Source: an archaeon (GTDB lineage Archaea; Nanobdellota; Nanobdellia; SCGC-AAA011-G17; GW2011-AR17). Taken from it: 64,000 nucleotides of DNA. The stretch is from assembly GCA_018692925.1 (NCBI GenBank), contig JABHLH010000019.1, forward strand, positions 63,322-127,321. The letters are read 5' to 3'. This document shows, in pieces, positions 1 through 10,259 of this stretch (positions within the stretch are counted from its first letter, which is position 1; every line of letters starts with the position of its first letter). The position numbers and the translations under genes were made by a program. The notes below the pieces were generated by a model, which was not told where the DNA came from, did no database searches, and was given only the letters and a program-made list of their open reading frames with translations.

Positions 1-16
1 CATCAGTGAAATAAAA

Positions 17-469
17 ATGACAGACGAAGAACATAGTGTAACTGCAAGAGGATATAACCTTCCAATATCAAGGAAGTTTTCAGTAGAAGTAGCTAATTTT
101 ATTAGATATAAACCTCTAACTAAAGCTAAAACTATGATAGTAGGTGTTATTGCAAAAAAAGTAGCTGTACCTATTAGAATCTATAATAGAGATCAAGCAC
201 ACAAAAAAGGAAAAATTGCAGCAGGAAAATATCCAGTGAAAATTGCAGAAAATGTTTTAATGTTATTAAACTCAGCAGAAATGAATGCTGTGAACAAAGG
301 TTTAGATACTGATTCATTATTTATCAAAAATATAATTGTAAACAAAGGCTCAAGTTCTGCAAAAGCAGGAAGAATTAGAGGAAGAGTAAATAAAAGAACT
401 CATATTGAAATTACACTTGAAGAAAAAAAGAAAAGAGTAGTTAAGAAGAAAGAGGTAAAAAAGAAATGA
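17..469 (+). CDS. rpl22: 50S ribosomal protein uL22
   Basis: ATG at 17. ARGYNLPISRKFSVEVANFIR and downstream match the archaeal L22 family. Lys-rich C-terminal tail. 4-nt overlap with the S3 start. Confidence 0.9.
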   Translation: MTDEEHSVTARGYNLPISRKFSVEVANFIRYKPLTKAKTMIVGVIAKKVAVPIRIYNRDQAHKKGKIAAGKYPVKIAENVLMLLNSAEMNAVNKGLDTDSLFIKNIIVNKGSSSAKAGRIRGRVNKRTHIEITLEEKKKRVVKKKEVKKK

Positions 470-1254
470 TAGAAAGAAAATTTGTTGCAGAAAAAATGAG
501 AGAGTTTTTAGTTCATGATTATTTCCTAAAAGAAATGGGAGCTGGAAAGTTTAGTTCCTTTGAAATAAAAAGAACTCCTCTTGGTGACAAAATTGTTGTT
601 TATACTGCTAGACCTGGATTAATTGTTGGAAAGAAAGGAGAGAATATTAAAAAATTAACAAAAGTTTTGAAAAGTAAATTTAAAATGGAAAATCCGCAAA
701 TTGAAGTTGCTGAAATTTCTAATCCTAATTTAGATGCTCAAACAATGGCAGAACAAATTGTAAATGTATTAGAAAGATTTGGTCCTAAAAGATTTAAGTC
801 AGTTGGATACAAAACATTACAAAGAATTATTGATGCTGGTGCAGTTGGAGCTGAAATTGTTATCTCAGGAAGAGGATTACCAGGAAGTAGAGCAAAGACA
901 TGGAGATTCTATTCAGGTTATTTGAAAAAATCTGGAGATGTAGCAATGTCACTTATGGATTATGGTTTATGTGTAGCAAATTTAAAATCTGGATCAATTG
1001 GAATTAAAGTAAAAATATTACCTCCTGATGTAGAGTTACCAGATAAAATTGAAATATTAAAAAGAAAGAAAAAAGAAATTATTGTTGAAGTTAAAGAAGG
1101 TGCAGAAGAAGTAGCACCTGTTAAAAAAGAAGAGAAAAAAGAAGTTAAGAAAAAAGTGAAAAAGAAAGCAGTGAAAAAGAAAGTGAAAAAAGAAGTTAAG
1201 AAAGAAAGTGAAGTGAAAAAAGAAGAGAAGGTAGAAAATGAAAATAAAAAATGA
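466..1254 (+). CDS. rps3: 30S ribosomal protein uS3 (KH domain) with long K/E-rich C-terminal extension
   Basis: KH-domain motif GKKGENIKKL and the canonical position after L22. The tail KKEVKKKVKKKAVKKKVKK is low complexity. Confidence 0.9.
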   Translation: MIERKFVAEKMREFLVHDYFLKEMGAGKFSSFEIKRTPLGDKIVVYTARPGLIVGKKGENIKKLTKVLKSKFKMENPQIEVAEISNPNLDAQTMAEQIVNVLERFGPKRFKSVGYKTLQRIIDAGAVGAEIVISGRGLPGSRAKTWRFYSGYLKKSGDVAMSLMDYGLCVANLKSGSIGIKVKILPPDVELPDKIEILKRKKKEIIVEVKEGAEEVAPVKKEEKKEVKKKVKKKAVKKKVKKEVKKESEVKKEEKVENENKK

Positions 1255-1450
1255 TGAATTAAGGAAAATGAATGATAATGAATTAGATAAGAAATTATTA
1301 GAGATTCGAAAAGCCTTAATGAAAGCTAATGCTCAAATTGCAACAGGTACTGTTCCTGATAATCCAGGAGAAGTTAAAGTTTTGAAAAAAACAATTGCAA
1401 GAATTCATACAATAAGAACCGAAAAGAGGAGGCAAGTAAATAAAGTATGA
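1238..1450 (+). CDS. rpl29: 50S ribosomal protein uL29
   Basis: N-terminus ELRKMNDNELDKKLLEIRKALMKANAQIATG matches the L29 consensus. Overlaps the S3 3' end. Confidence 0.85.
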   Translation: MKIKNDELRKMNDNELDKKLLEIRKALMKANAQIATGTVPDNPGEVKVLKKTIARIHTIRTEKRRQVNKV

Positions 1451-1782
1451 GTGAGATCGACCCTATAACAGGTTTGCCCAAAGAGTTAGGCGTTTGGGAA
1501 AATATAACAAAACAAGACCAAAAAATCGAAGTGAAGGTTGTCAAAAGACGGTTCGGAAAGTTAGCGACTGTTGTTACAGGCTTCGACAAATCAATGAATG
1601 TTAAAGAATTGGCAAAAAAATTAAAGTCAAAGTTGGCTTGTGGTGGGACAAATAAAGATGGAGTTATAGAACTCCAAGGAGAACATACAGCAAAGGTTAA
1701 AAAAATACTGATTGATGAAGGATTTCAAGCAGAATCAATTAAGATTAAACCTTTTGATGCTAGACCCAGAAAGAGATGGTAA
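1447..1782 (+). CDS. translation initiation factor aIF1/SUI1
   Basis: KIEVKVVKRRFGKLATVVTGFD...GGTNKDGVIELQGEH is the SUI1 fold signature. An SD (GAGGAGG) lies upstream. Position between L29 and S17 is typical for archaea. Confidence 0.85.
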   Translation: MSEIDPITGLPKELGVWENITKQDQKIEVKVVKRRFGKLATVVTGFDKSMNVKELAKKLKSKLACGGTNKDGVIELQGEHTAKVKKILIDEGFQAESIKIKPFDARPRKRW

Positions 1783-2036
1783 CAAAAACAAACATCCTTA
1801 AACATGAGTTAATTGGACTTGATGTTGAGGTTGTTGATGCCAACAATAAAAGCCAAATTGGATTGAAAGGCAAAGTGGTTGATGAGACCCGAAATACCCT
1901 CATCATAAAAAGCCAAAAAGGCGAAAAGAAAATATTAAAAAAGGATCTGAAAATACAAATAAGTGTTTCAGGTGAAAAAATCATAATCACAGGAAAAAAA
2001 TTGGTCGGAAGGCCAGAAGATAGGATAAAAAAATGA
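1776..2036 (+). CDS. rnp1: RNase P protein component Rpp29 (Rnp1)
   Basis: 86 aa with HELIGLDVEVVDANNKSQIGLKGKVVDETRNTLII, which is Rpp29-like. Its conserved position is between L29/SUI1 and S17. Confidence 0.75.
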   Translation: MVTKTNILKHELIGLDVEVVDANNKSQIGLKGKVVDETRNTLIIKSQKGEKKILKKDLKIQISVSGEKIIITGKKLVGRPEDRIKK

Positions 2037-2365
2037 CAAATAAAAAAAGTGTAGGAATGGGTTTCGAATTACCTAAAGAGAAGTGTGAAGGAGATTTAAG
2101 TTGTCCATTTCATGGAAGTTTGAAACTTAGAGGAAGAACCTTTGCGGGAACTGTCATAAAAAGAAATCCACACAAAACAGTAACAATAGAATGGCCAAGA
2201 ACAAGTTATATTCAAAAGTATGAAAGATATGAAAAAAAGAGAACAAGAGTTAAAGCACATAATCCATCTTGTATCAACGCACAAATTGGAGACAAAGTTA
2301 CAATTGTTGAAACAAGACCAATTAGTAAAACTAAAAATTTCGTAATCGTGAAGGTGAATAAATGA
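2033..2365 (+). CDS. rps17: 30S ribosomal protein uS17
   Basis: GTVIKRNPHKTVTIEWPRTSYIQKYERYEKKRTRVKAHNP and GDKVTIVETRPISKTK match S17. Confidence 0.85.
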   Translation: MTNKKSVGMGFELPKEKCEGDLSCPFHGSLKLRGRTFAGTVIKRNPHKTVTIEWPRTSYIQKYERYEKKRTRVKAHNPSCINAQIGDKVTIVETRPISKTKNFVIVKVNK

Positions 2366-2763
2366 AAGCATTAACATCAAATAGAACAAAATCATTACCA
2401 GTAGGAGCAGAAGTTCCAACTTGTGATAATTCAGGAGCTAAGGTTGTAAAAATCATTAGTGTGAAAGGTCACAAAACAGTTAGAAGAAGAATTTGTGCTG
2501 GTGGAGTAGGAGATCTTGTTAGAGCTTCAGTTATTAAAGGTAAACCTGAAATGAGAAGACAAAAAGTTCAAGCTGTTATTGTTAGACAAAAAAAAGAGTA
2601 TAGAAGAGCAGATGGAACAAGAGTTAAATTTGAAGATAATGCAGTCGTAGTATTAAAAGATGATAAAGGAAACCCTAAAGGAACAATCTTTAAGGGTGCA
2701 ATTGCTAAAGAGGCTACAGAAAGGTGGCCCGGAATTTCAAAAGTAGCAAAGATAGTGGTATAA
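2362..2763 (+). CDS. rpl14: 50S ribosomal protein uL14
   Basis: The L14 signature CDNSGAKVVKIISVKG and the family match. Confidence 0.9.
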   Translation: MKALTSNRTKSLPVGAEVPTCDNSGAKVVKIISVKGHKTVRRRICAGGVGDLVRASVIKGKPEMRRQKVQAVIVRQKKEYRRADGTRVKFEDNAVVVLKDDKGNPKGTIFKGAIAKEATERWPGISKVAKIVV

Positions 2764-2767
2764 GAAA

Positions 2768-3220
2768 ATGAAAGCTGAATGGTCAAAAGCATGGAATGGG
2801 AGTAAACAACCTAGAAAGCAGAGAAAGTATAGGTTCAATGCACCGCTTCATATTAAGCAAAAACTTATGCATGTACATCTTAGTCCAGAGTTAAGAACAA
2901 AATATGGAAGAAGACAAATCTTAGTTAGCAAAGGTGACAAAGTAATAGTTATGAGAGGACAACATAGTAAAAAAACTGGAGAGATTAGTAAAATTAGATT
3001 GAAAATGGAAAAAATTAATATTCAAGGAATTGACAATATTAAAAAAGATGGATCAACATCTCCAATCGGATTTAAAGCAAGTAACTTAATGATTATAAAT
3101 TTAAATTTAGTAGATAAAGTTCGAAAAGCAAAATTAAAAGTAGAAGATAAAGCTAAAAAAACAAAAGTTGAAGATAAAGTTAAAAAAACAAAAGTTGAAG
3201 TGAAGAAGGAGAAAAAATAA
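2768..3220 (+). CDS. rpl24: 50S ribosomal protein uL24 (KOW) with K-rich tail
   Basis: KQPRKQRKYRFNAPLHIKQKLMHVHLS...VSKGDKVIVMRGQHSKKTGEI is the L24/KOW pattern. The tail repeats KVEDK. Confidence 0.85.
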   Translation: MKAEWSKAWNGSKQPRKQRKYRFNAPLHIKQKLMHVHLSPELRTKYGRRQILVSKGDKVIVMRGQHSKKTGEISKIRLKMEKINIQGIDNIKKDGSTSPIGFKASNLMIINLNLVDKVRKAKLKVEDKAKKTKVEDKVKKTKVEVKKEKK

Positions 3221-3221
3221 T

Positions 3222-3905
3222 ATGGTTAAGAGACACTTATCAAGATTGAATGCGCCAAAAAGTTGGCCAATAAAGAGAAAAGGGATTAAGTTTATTAGAA
3301 AACCTAGTCCAGGTGCACATACATTAAGACAATGTATCTCTCTATCTTTAGTAATTCAAAATATGTTGAAGTATGCAAAAACAAGTAAAGAAATTAAAAA
3401 GATACTTCATGAAAGAAAAATTTTAGTTAATGGTAAAGTTAAAAGAGATTCAGCATTTGCAGTTGGAATTATGGATGTTTTAAGTATTCCTACACTAAAA
3501 GAAAATTATAGAGTACTTTACAATACAAAAGGTAAATTTGTATTAATGAAAATTGAAGAAAAAGATGCAAATGAAATCTTAATGAAAATTATAAATAAAA
3601 CTTTAATAAAGAAAGGAAAGATTCAATATAATTATTCAAATGGGCACAACCATTTAATTGAAAAAGATGATTATAAAACTGGAGATTCAATCTTACTTTC
3701 ATTGAAGGATAAAAAAATTACAAAGCATTTTGAATTAAAGAAAGGTGCACAAATTTATTTGACAGGTGGAAAGTTTATTGGAAATACAGCAATCTTAGAA
3801 GAAATTAAAGAAGACAAAGTTACAATTAAAATTAAAGATGAAATTTTTGAAACTGCAAAAAGATATTTATTTGTTATTGGGGATGTTAAAATAGAAAATG
3901 AATAA
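3222..3905 (+). CDS. rps4e: 30S ribosomal protein eS4
   Basis: MVKRHLSRLNAPKSWPIKRKGIKFIRKPSPGAHTLRQ is the S4e N-terminal signature. Confidence 0.9.
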   Translation: MVKRHLSRLNAPKSWPIKRKGIKFIRKPSPGAHTLRQCISLSLVIQNMLKYAKTSKEIKKILHERKILVNGKVKRDSAFAVGIMDVLSIPTLKENYRVLYNTKGKFVLMKIEEKDANEILMKIINKTLIKKGKIQYNYSNGHNHLIEKDDYKTGDSILLSLKDKKITKHFELKKGAQIYLTGGKFIGNTAILEEIKEDKVTIKIKDEIFETAKRYLFVIGDVKIENE

Positions 3906-4425
3906 AATGAAAGAAATTAGGGTAGAGAAAATTACTTTAAATATTGGAGTGGGTAAACCAGGAAAAGATTTAGAGAAAGCAAAAATCCTATTAGAAAAAA
4001 TTAGTGGAATGAAAACATCAGAAACATTAACAAAGAAAAGAATTCCTGGTTGGAGTTTAAGACCTAATTTAGTTATCGGTTGTAAAGTTACAATTAGAGG
4101 TAAAAAAGGTGAAGAAATATTAGGAAGTTTATTAGATGCTAAAGATAAAGAACTAAAATTAAAAGCATTTGATAACCAAGGAAATTTTGCTTTTGGTATT
4201 CATGAGTATTTAGACATTCCAACATTAGATTATATTCCAGAAGTAGGGATTAGAGGATTAGAAGTTGCTGTAACTTTAGTAAGACCAGGTTATAGAATTA
4301 AGTATAGAACACTAAGAACTAAAAAGATTCCTGCTCGTCATAAGATTTCAAAAGAAGAAGCAATTAAATTCGCAAAGGAAAAGTTTAAAATTACAATAGC
4401 AGAGGAGGAAATGGAAGAAGAATGA
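3898..4425 (+). CDS. rpl5: 50S ribosomal protein uL5
   Basis: Matches [17 protein letters not shown]...[10 protein letters not shown] of L5. Confidence 0.9.
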   Translation: MNKMKEIRVEKITLNIGVGKPGKDLEKAKILLEKISGMKTSETLTKKRIPGWSLRPNLVIGCKVTIRGKKGEEILGSLLDAKDKELKLKAFDNQGNFAFGIHEYLDIPTLDYIPEVGIRGLEVAVTLVRPGYRIKYRTLRTKKIPARHKISKEEAIKFAKEKFKITIAEEEMEEE

Positions 4426-4652
4426 CAGCAGGCAGTTATAAAAAAGTGTTTAAACAGTTAAAAAATAAACCAGTTAAATTAAAAAAGTTTATCAAACATA
4501 ATGCTCCAAAGCAAAGAGCTTTTGGTGTTGCATCAAAACCATGTAAACTTTGTGGAAGATTAGGTGGACATATTCAAAAATACAATCTAAACATATGTAG
4601 ACAATGTTTTAGAGAAAATGCAAAAAAATTAGGGTTTAAGAAATATTATTAA
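4422..4652 (+). CDS. rps14: 30S ribosomal protein uS14 (zinc type)
   Basis: [22 protein letters not shown] is the Zn-ribbon form of S14. Conserved position between L5 and S8. Confidence 0.85.
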   Translation: MTAGSYKKVFKQLKNKPVKLKKFIKHNAPKQRAFGVASKPCKLCGRLGGHIQKYNLNICRQCFRENAKKLGFKKYY

Positions 4653-4653
4653 A

Positions 4654-5046
4654 ATGGCAATGAACGATACATTAGCAACAGCATTATGTAACATAATGAA
4701 TGCTGAAAGAGAAGGGAAACAGGTTTGTGTAGTTACACCTGTATCAAAACTTATGAAAAAAGTTTTTGAGATTATGAAAGACAACCACTTTATTGGTGAG
4801 TATACAGAAATCAAAAATGGAAAAGGAAATTTAATTGAAGTTAATTTAATTGGTGGAATAAATAAATGTGGAGTTATTAAGCCAAGATTTTCAGTAACAA
4901 AGGATGAATATACAAAGTTTGAGAAAAGATTTTTACCAGCTCTAAATTTTGGATTAATTATTCTTTCAACCTCACAAGGAATTATGACCTTGAGTGAAGC
5001 TAAAGAAAAAGATATTGGAGGAAAATTATTAGCATTTATTTACTAA
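4654..5046 (+). CDS. rps8: 30S ribosomal protein uS8
   Basis: MAMNDTLATALCNIMNAEREGK is the S8 N-terminal signature. Confidence 0.9.
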   Translation: MAMNDTLATALCNIMNAEREGKQVCVVTPVSKLMKKVFEIMKDNHFIGEYTEIKNGKGNLIEVNLIGGINKCGVIKPRFSVTKDEYTKFEKRFLPALNFGLIILSTSQGIMTLSEAKEKDIGGKLLAFIY

Positions 5047-5047
5047 G

Positions 5048-5602
5048 ATGATAGAAGCATACAAACTAAGGAAAGTTGTAGAAGTCCCTGAAGGAGTTGA
5101 AGTTAACATAGTTGACAGAGAGATCCAAGTTAAGAAAGGGAGTCTGGAAGTAAAGAGAGTATTATATTTTCCAACAGTTGAAATTAAAAAAGAAGGAAAT
5201 AATATTGTATTAGAACCAAAGAGATTTACAAAAAAAGAAAAAAAGATTATTAATACTTACAAAGTACATATTTTGAATATGGTAATTGGTGTACAAGAAC
5301 CTTATACTTACAAAGTTAAAATTTGTGCAAGTCACTTTCCAATGACTGTAAAAGTTAAAGGAAAGAAATTAGAAATAAAGAATTTTTTAGGAGAGAAAGT
5401 TCCTAGAATAGCAGATATAGTAAATGATGTAGATGTTAAAATTGAAGGAGATGAAATTATTATTACTTCCGCAAATAAAGAAGCTGCTGGACAAACAGCA
5501 GGTAATTTTGAAAAAGCAACAAGAATCACAAATAGAGATAGAAGAATTTTTCAAGATGGTTTGTGGATAATTCAAAAAGCAGGTAAGGAGATATTAGGAT
5601 GA
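5048..5602 (+). CDS. rpl6: 50S ribosomal protein uL6
   Basis: Called from its position after S8 and a two-domain L6-like sequence (VEVPEGVEVNIVDREIQVKKGSL...). Confidence 0.85.
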   Translation: MIEAYKLRKVVEVPEGVEVNIVDREIQVKKGSLEVKRVLYFPTVEIKKEGNNIVLEPKRFTKKEKKIINTYKVHILNMVIGVQEPYTYKVKICASHFPMTVKVKGKKLEIKNFLGEKVPRIADIVNDVDVKIEGDEIIITSANKEAAGQTAGNFEKATRITNRDRRIFQDGLWIIQKAGKEILG

Positions 5603-6201
5603 CTGAAAACAATAAATTATTGGAATTAAGAAAACAAATTAAGAAGAGAAAACCTAATTTCCTTAGACAATGTTCACATAAAGTTATTAAAATTTCCGAA
5701 GCATGGAGACGGCCAAAAGGTATTCAATCAAAAATGAGATTGAAACATAGAGGTAAAAGAAGACGTCCATCTTTAGGTTATTCATCACCAAAAAAAGTTA
5801 GAGGATTAAATAGAGATGGCTTTGAAGAAGTTAGAGTATTGAGAGTTGAAGATTTAGAAGGAATTGATTCAAAAACACAAATGCCTATAATTGCAAAAAT
5901 TGGTTTAAAGAAAAAATTAATGATACTTGAAGAATGTAAAAAAAGAAATTTAAAAGTTAGTAATGTTAAAGATATTGATGAGTTCATAAAAGATTCACAA
6001 GAATGGTTAAAAGAGAAAAAGAAAGTGACAGCTGAAAGATCAAAGAAAAGATCTGCATCTAAAGAAGCTTCAATTAAGAAAGCTAAAGGTGAAGAAGTTA
6101 AGAAGAAAAAAGAAGAAGAGAAAGAAGAAGTTAAAAAAACTGATGAAACCAAAAAAGGTGAAAAGAGTGAAAAAATCAAAATACTGGAGCAAAAAGAATG
6201 A
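5599..6201 (+). CDS. rpl32e: 50S ribosomal protein eL32 with long E/K-rich C-terminal extension
   Basis: KPNFLRQCSHKVIKISEAWRRPKGIQSKMRLKHRGKRRRPSLGY is the L32e signature. About 80 aa of K/E-rich tail are appended. Confidence 0.85.
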   Translation: MTENNKLLELRKQIKKRKPNFLRQCSHKVIKISEAWRRPKGIQSKMRLKHRGKRRRPSLGYSSPKKVRGLNRDGFEEVRVLRVEDLEGIDSKTQMPIIAKIGLKKKLMILEECKKRNLKVSNVKDIDEFIKDSQEWLKEKKKVTAERSKKRSASKEASIKKAKGEEVKKKKEEEKEEVKKTDETKKGEKSEKIKILEQKE

Positions 6202-6656
6202 GATTATCAAGTCAAAAAGGGATTAGTGCAAAGATTTTGAAAGTGGGAACTGGAAAAGTTTGGTTTGATAATACAAGATTAGATGAAATTAAAGAAGCTA
6301 TTACAAGATCCGATCTTAGAGGTTTAATTGCTAAAAAAGTTATACAAAAAAAAGCAGGTAAAGGAACTTCAAGAGTTAGAGCTAGAAAAAGAATTGTTCA
6401 GAGGAGAAAAGGTAGACAAAAGGGACAAGGAACAAGAAAAGGAAAAAGCTCTGCAAGATTAAGTAAAAAAGAAAATTGGATGAATGTAATTAGAGGTCAA
6501 AGAAAGTTTATTAGAGAATTAAAAACTAAAGAACTTATTGACGTAAGTACTTACAGATTATTATATAGAAGATCAAAAGGTGGATACTTTAGAAATAAAA
6601 GACACATTAAATTATACTTAACAGAACAGAAATTATTCAAGGAAAAGAAGAAATGA
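6198..6656 (+). CDS. rpl19e: 50S ribosomal protein eL19
   Basis: [31 protein letters not shown] is the L19e N-terminal signature. Confidence 0.9.
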   Translation: MRLSSQKGISAKILKVGTGKVWFDNTRLDEIKEAITRSDLRGLIAKKVIQKKAGKGTSRVRARKRIVQRRKGRQKGQGTRKGKSSARLSKKENWMNVIRGQRKFIRELKTKELIDVSTYRLLYRRSKGGYFRNKRHIKLYLTEQKLFKEKKK

Positions 6657-7156
6657 AAAGAAAAAAGTTTGTTCAATATCGAAGGAAGAGAGAAGGAAAA
6701 ACTAACTATAAAAAAAGGTTAGAATTATTAAAATCCATGAAGTTGAGATTAGTAGTAAGAAAATCATTAAGAAATGTTATTGTCCAAATTGTTGAATATA
6801 ATGTAGATGGAGATAAAACTTTAGTTAAAGTAAGCAGTAAAGAACTGAAAAAATTTGGTTGGACAGGTTATGGTAGAAATACACCTTCAGCTTATCTTGT
6901 TGGTTTGTTATGTGGAAAAAAAGCTAAAGAACTAAAAATTAATGAAGCTATTTTAGATTTAGGATTACACCCTTCAAGAAAAGGTACTATTTTATATAGT
7001 GTATTGAAAGGAGTAGTTGATTCCGGACTTAATGTTGCTCATAGTCCAGAGATATTCCCAAGTGATGATAGAATAATGGGGAAACATATTTCAGATAAAA
7101 TTCCAGTGGAATTTGAAAAAGTAAAAAATAATATCATGCAAGGTGGAAAGAAATGA
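6653..7156 (+). CDS. rpl18: 50S ribosomal protein uL18
   Basis: [19 protein letters not shown]...[15 protein letters not shown] is L18 (L5e)-like. Confidence 0.85.
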   Translation: MKRKKFVQYRRKREGKTNYKKRLELLKSMKLRLVVRKSLRNVIVQIVEYNVDGDKTLVKVSSKELKKFGWTGYGRNTPSAYLVGLLCGKKAKELKINEAILDLGLHPSRKGTILYSVLKGVVDSGLNVAHSPEIFPSDDRIMGKHISDKIPVEFEKVKNNIMQGGKK

Positions 7157-7911
7157 GAGATAAAAGACCTAAAAGAAACCAAAGAAACCAGAGAAAGGAT
7201 CCTAGTGTTTCAAGAGAGAGTATTTTAGAAAAATGGAAACCTAAAACTGAAATAGGAATAAAAGTTAAGAATGGTGAAATTACTGATATTAATGAGATTT
7301 TAGATAATGGTATTGCAATTTTAGAATCTGAAATTGTAGATGCTTTAATGCCAGACCTAGAAGTTGAACTATTAGAAGTAGGACAATCAAAAGGTAAATT
7401 TGGTGGAGGAAAAAGAAGTATCTGGAGACAAACTCAGAAAAAATCTAAAGAAGGAAATAAACCTTCGTTTTCAACAATTGCAGTTTGTGGAAATAAAAAT
7501 GGTTATGTAGGTATTGGATTAGGAAAAGCTAAAGAAACAGTTCCAGCGAGAGAAAAAGCAACAAGAAAAGCAAAATTGAATCTTATAAAAATTAAGAGAG
7601 GATGTGGATCTTGGGAATGTGGTTGTGGAGAAGCTCATTCAATTCCGTTCGAAGTTGAAGGTAAATGTAGTTCAGTTATAATTAAATTAAAATCAGCACC
7701 TAAAGGAACAAGATTATGTGTTGAAACAGAATGTCAAAAGATTTTAAAATTAGCTGGATTCAAAGATGTATATTCAAAAGCAAGAGGACAAACAAAAACT
7801 AAATTAAATTTAATCTTTGCTTGTTTCGATGCATTAAAAAAGTTAGGTGAACAAAAAGTTAAACCAGGTTTCGTAGAAAAAGCAGGAGTTATTGGAGGAA
7901 GAAATGAATAA
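7153..7911 (+). CDS. rps5: 30S ribosomal protein uS5 with N-terminal extension
   Basis: [40 protein letters not shown] is the S5 dsRBD/C-terminal domain. Confidence 0.9.
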   Translation: MRDKRPKRNQRNQRKDPSVSRESILEKWKPKTEIGIKVKNGEITDINEILDNGIAILESEIVDALMPDLEVELLEVGQSKGKFGGGKRSIWRQTQKKSKEGNKPSFSTIAVCGNKNGYVGIGLGKAKETVPAREKATRKAKLNLIKIKRGCGSWECGCGEAHSIPFEVEGKCSSVIIKLKSAPKGTRLCVETECQKILKLAGFKDVYSKARGQTKTKLNLIFACFDALKKLGEQKVKPGFVEKAGVIGGRNE

Positions 7912-8380
7912 TAAACCAATTGCAGTTATTAGGATCAGAGGAAGATCTGGTGTAACTAAAAAGATAAATGATACTCTTGATATGTTGAGACTGTATAAAC
8001 AAAATGGTTGTGTTATAGTTCCTAATAGTCCAACTTTTGTAGGTATGATCAAAAAGTCTAAAGATTATATTACTTGGGGAGAAATTGATGAAGAGACTCT
8101 AGCATTATTATTAGAAAAGAGAGGAAAAATTGTAGGAAACAATCCTCTAACTGAAGATTATTTGAAAAGTAAAATAAATTTAGATTTCAAAGCTTTTGTA
8201 AAAGAAGTATTTGAAGGTAAACAAAATGTTAAAGATATTCCAGGGATAAAGGCATACTTTAGATTAATGCCTCCTGTAAAAGGATTTGCAAGACAAGGAA
8301 TAAAGAAACCATTTAGTATGGGTGGTGCTTTAGGATATAGAAAAGATAAAATTAATGATTTAATCAAGAGAATGATTTAA
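7892..8380 (+). CDS. rpl30: 50S ribosomal protein uL30
   Basis: IAVIRIRGRSGVTKKINDTLDMLRL matches L30. Confidence 0.85.
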   Translation: MEEEMNNKPIAVIRIRGRSGVTKKINDTLDMLRLYKQNGCVIVPNSPTFVGMIKKSKDYITWGEIDEETLALLLEKRGKIVGNNPLTEDYLKSKINLDFKAFVKEVFEGKQNVKDIPGIKAYFRLMPPVKGFARQGIKKPFSMGGALGYRKDKINDLIKRMI

Positions 8381-8381
8381 G

Positions 8382-8804
8382 ATGAAAAAAACAACAGGCC
8401 AAAGAAAGAATAAAAAGCAAAGAGGTTTTAGTAGCCACGGCTGGGGTTCTAAGAAAAAACATCGAGGAGCAGGTAACAGAGGTGGAAAAGGTAATGCAGG
8501 TAGTGGAAAGAGAGCAGATACTAAAAGACCTACAATAATCAATCTACATGGTACTGTTGATTTAGCAAAGAGAGGGTTTGTAAGACCTGATGCTAAAAAA
8601 ATAATTGCAATTAATTTAAGAGACTTAAGTTTAATTGTTGAAAAAAAGAATGTTAATGAACTAGATCTTAACAAAATAGGATATTCAAAATTACTTGGTA
8701 CAGGAAATTTATCAAAAGCAGTTAAAATAACTGTAAAGATGGCTTCCAAAAAAGCAGTAGAAAAGGTTAAAAATGCTGGTGGCGAAGTAATACTTACAAA
8801 ATAA
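8382..8804 (+). CDS. rpl15: 50S ribosomal protein uL15
   Basis: Gly/Lys-rich N-terminus GWGSKKKHRGAGNRGGKGNAGSGKR is typical of L15. Confidence 0.85.
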   Translation: MKKTTGQRKNKKQRGFSSHGWGSKKKHRGAGNRGGKGNAGSGKRADTKRPTIINLHGTVDLAKRGFVRPDAKKIIAINLRDLSLIVEKKNVNELDLNKIGYSKLLGTGNLSKAVKITVKMASKKAVEKVKNAGGEVILTK

Positions 8805-8813
8805 ACTTAGGGA

Positions 8814-10226
8814 TTGCTAAAAATGTCTTTCATAGATATAATATTAAACAACTTACCGGAAATTAAAGCTCCTTTACAGAAGAAGCTATCTTTTAAGCAG
8901 AAGTTAAAATGGACTTTAGTTATTCTTGTTGCATTTTTTATTTTAGGTTTAGTTCCCTTATTTGGTTTAGGTGAAAATTCCTTACAACAATTCGAATTTC
9001 TTTCAATGATTTTAGGAGCAAGTTTTGGTTCTGTAATTTCTTTAGGTATTGGACCTCTTGTAACAGCATCGATTGTATTGCAGTTGTTAAATGGTTCGGG
9101 TATTGTAGATTTTGATTTAACTAGTCCTGAAGGTAAAAAAAGATTTCAAGGATTTCAGAAAATTTTAGCAGTTTTCTTTATAGTGTTTGAAGCAGGAATT
9201 TATGTTTTTATGGGTGGTTTGTCGCCCTCATCTTCGTTAGCAGCAGCTGATTTTAGAGTTATGCAATTTATTTTAGTTGGACAATTGATTATAGGTGGAT
9301 TGTTAATTATGTTTATGGATGAGATTATTAGTAAATGGGGCTTTGGTTCAGGTATCTCATTATTCATTGCAGCAGGAGTATCTTCACAGATTGTGATTAG
9401 AGCATTTAGTCCATTGTCAACAGTAGGTACTTGGGCTTTAGGAACAGGACAAGCAGCAGTAGGTAAAGTTTGGGTATTAATATATTCCTTAGCTAGTCAA
9501 AATCCAACTGGTGCTGTATTAGCATTGTCTTCAATACTTGCAACAATAATTATCTTTGGTATAGTTGTTTATGTGCAAGCTATGAAAGTAGAGATTCCAT
9601 TATCCTTTGGTAGAATTAGAGGACACGGAATTAGATGGCCTTTACATTTTTTATATACTTCAAACATTCCAGTTATTTTAATTGCAGCACTTTTAGCTAA
9701 TGTGCAATTGTGGGCACAGTTATTAGAAAATTGGGGATATCCATTATTAGGAACATTTTCAAATGGTGCTCCAGCGACTGGGTTTGTTTCATGGATTTAT
9801 GCTAGAAATTTAGTTGAATTAATTATTACAGGTGGTTTTACTTGGATACATATTGCACAGTCAGCAGTATATGCAAGTTTTATGATTATTGGATCAGTTA
9901 TATTTGGATTTTTTTGGGTACAAACTTCAGGAATGGATGCTAAAGCACAAGCAAAAAATATTATTGCATCAGGTTTACAAATTCCAGGATTTAGAAGAGA
10001 CCCAAGAGTTATGGAAACAATTTTACAAAGATATATAGGACCTTTAACAATTATGGGTGGAATTGCAGTTGGTTTCTTAGCAGCAGGTGCTGATTTAATG
10101 GGAGCATTATCTAATGGAACAGGTATTCTTTTAGCAGTTATGATTGTTTATAGGTTGTATGAAGAAATTGCTCAACAACACATGATGGACATGTATCCAG
10201 GTTTAAGAAAAATAATGGGTAAGTAA
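8814..10226 (+). CDS. secY: preprotein translocase subunit SecY
   Basis: 470-aa polytopic membrane protein with SecY-type TM2/plug region (ASIVLQLLNGSGI). Canonical position after L15. Confidence 0.9.
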   Translation: MLKMSFIDIILNNLPEIKAPLQKKLSFKQKLKWTLVILVAFFILGLVPLFGLGENSLQQFEFLSMILGASFGSVISLGIGPLVTASIVLQLLNGSGIVDFDLTSPEGKKRFQGFQKILAVFFIVFEAGIYVFMGGLSPSSSLAAADFRVMQFILVGQLIIGGLLIMFMDEIISKWGFGSGISLFIAAGVSSQIVIRAFSPLSTVGTWALGTGQAAVGKVWVLIYSLASQNPTGAVLALSSILATIIIFGIVVYVQAMKVEIPLSFGRIRGHGIRWPLHFLYTSNIPVILIAALLANVQLWAQLLENWGYPLLGTFSNGAPATGFVSWIYARNLVELIITGGFTWIHIAQSAVYASFMIIGSVIFGFFWVQTSGMDAKAQAKNIIASGLQIPGFRRDPRVMETILQRYIGPLTIMGGIAVGFLAAGADLMGALSNGTGILLAVMIVYRLYEEIAQQHMMDMYPGLRKIMGK

Positions 10227-10259
10227 GATTTATAAAGTATAGAGGAGTATTAAAAATAT

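Noticed and set aside
1140-1250. Short tandem DNA repeats (gtgaaaaagaaag... type) here and at 14760-14810 and 61960-62070 that could look like CRISPR or satellite repeats.
   Set aside because: They are in-frame codon repeats encoding poly-Lys tails, irregular in unit and spacing, with no spacer structure. Not CRISPR.
1374-1589. Antisense and alternate-frame ORFs inside the r-protein operon and other genes (e.g. 1374-1589, 1760-1990, 2096-2419, 5778-6179, 8360-8749, 31613-32155, 49079-49573, 58336-58749).
   Set aside because: They lie entirely within strongly supported CDSs on the other strand or frame, are low complexity and hydrophobic (the expected product of AT-rich antisense), and have no start context. 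Treated as spurious.
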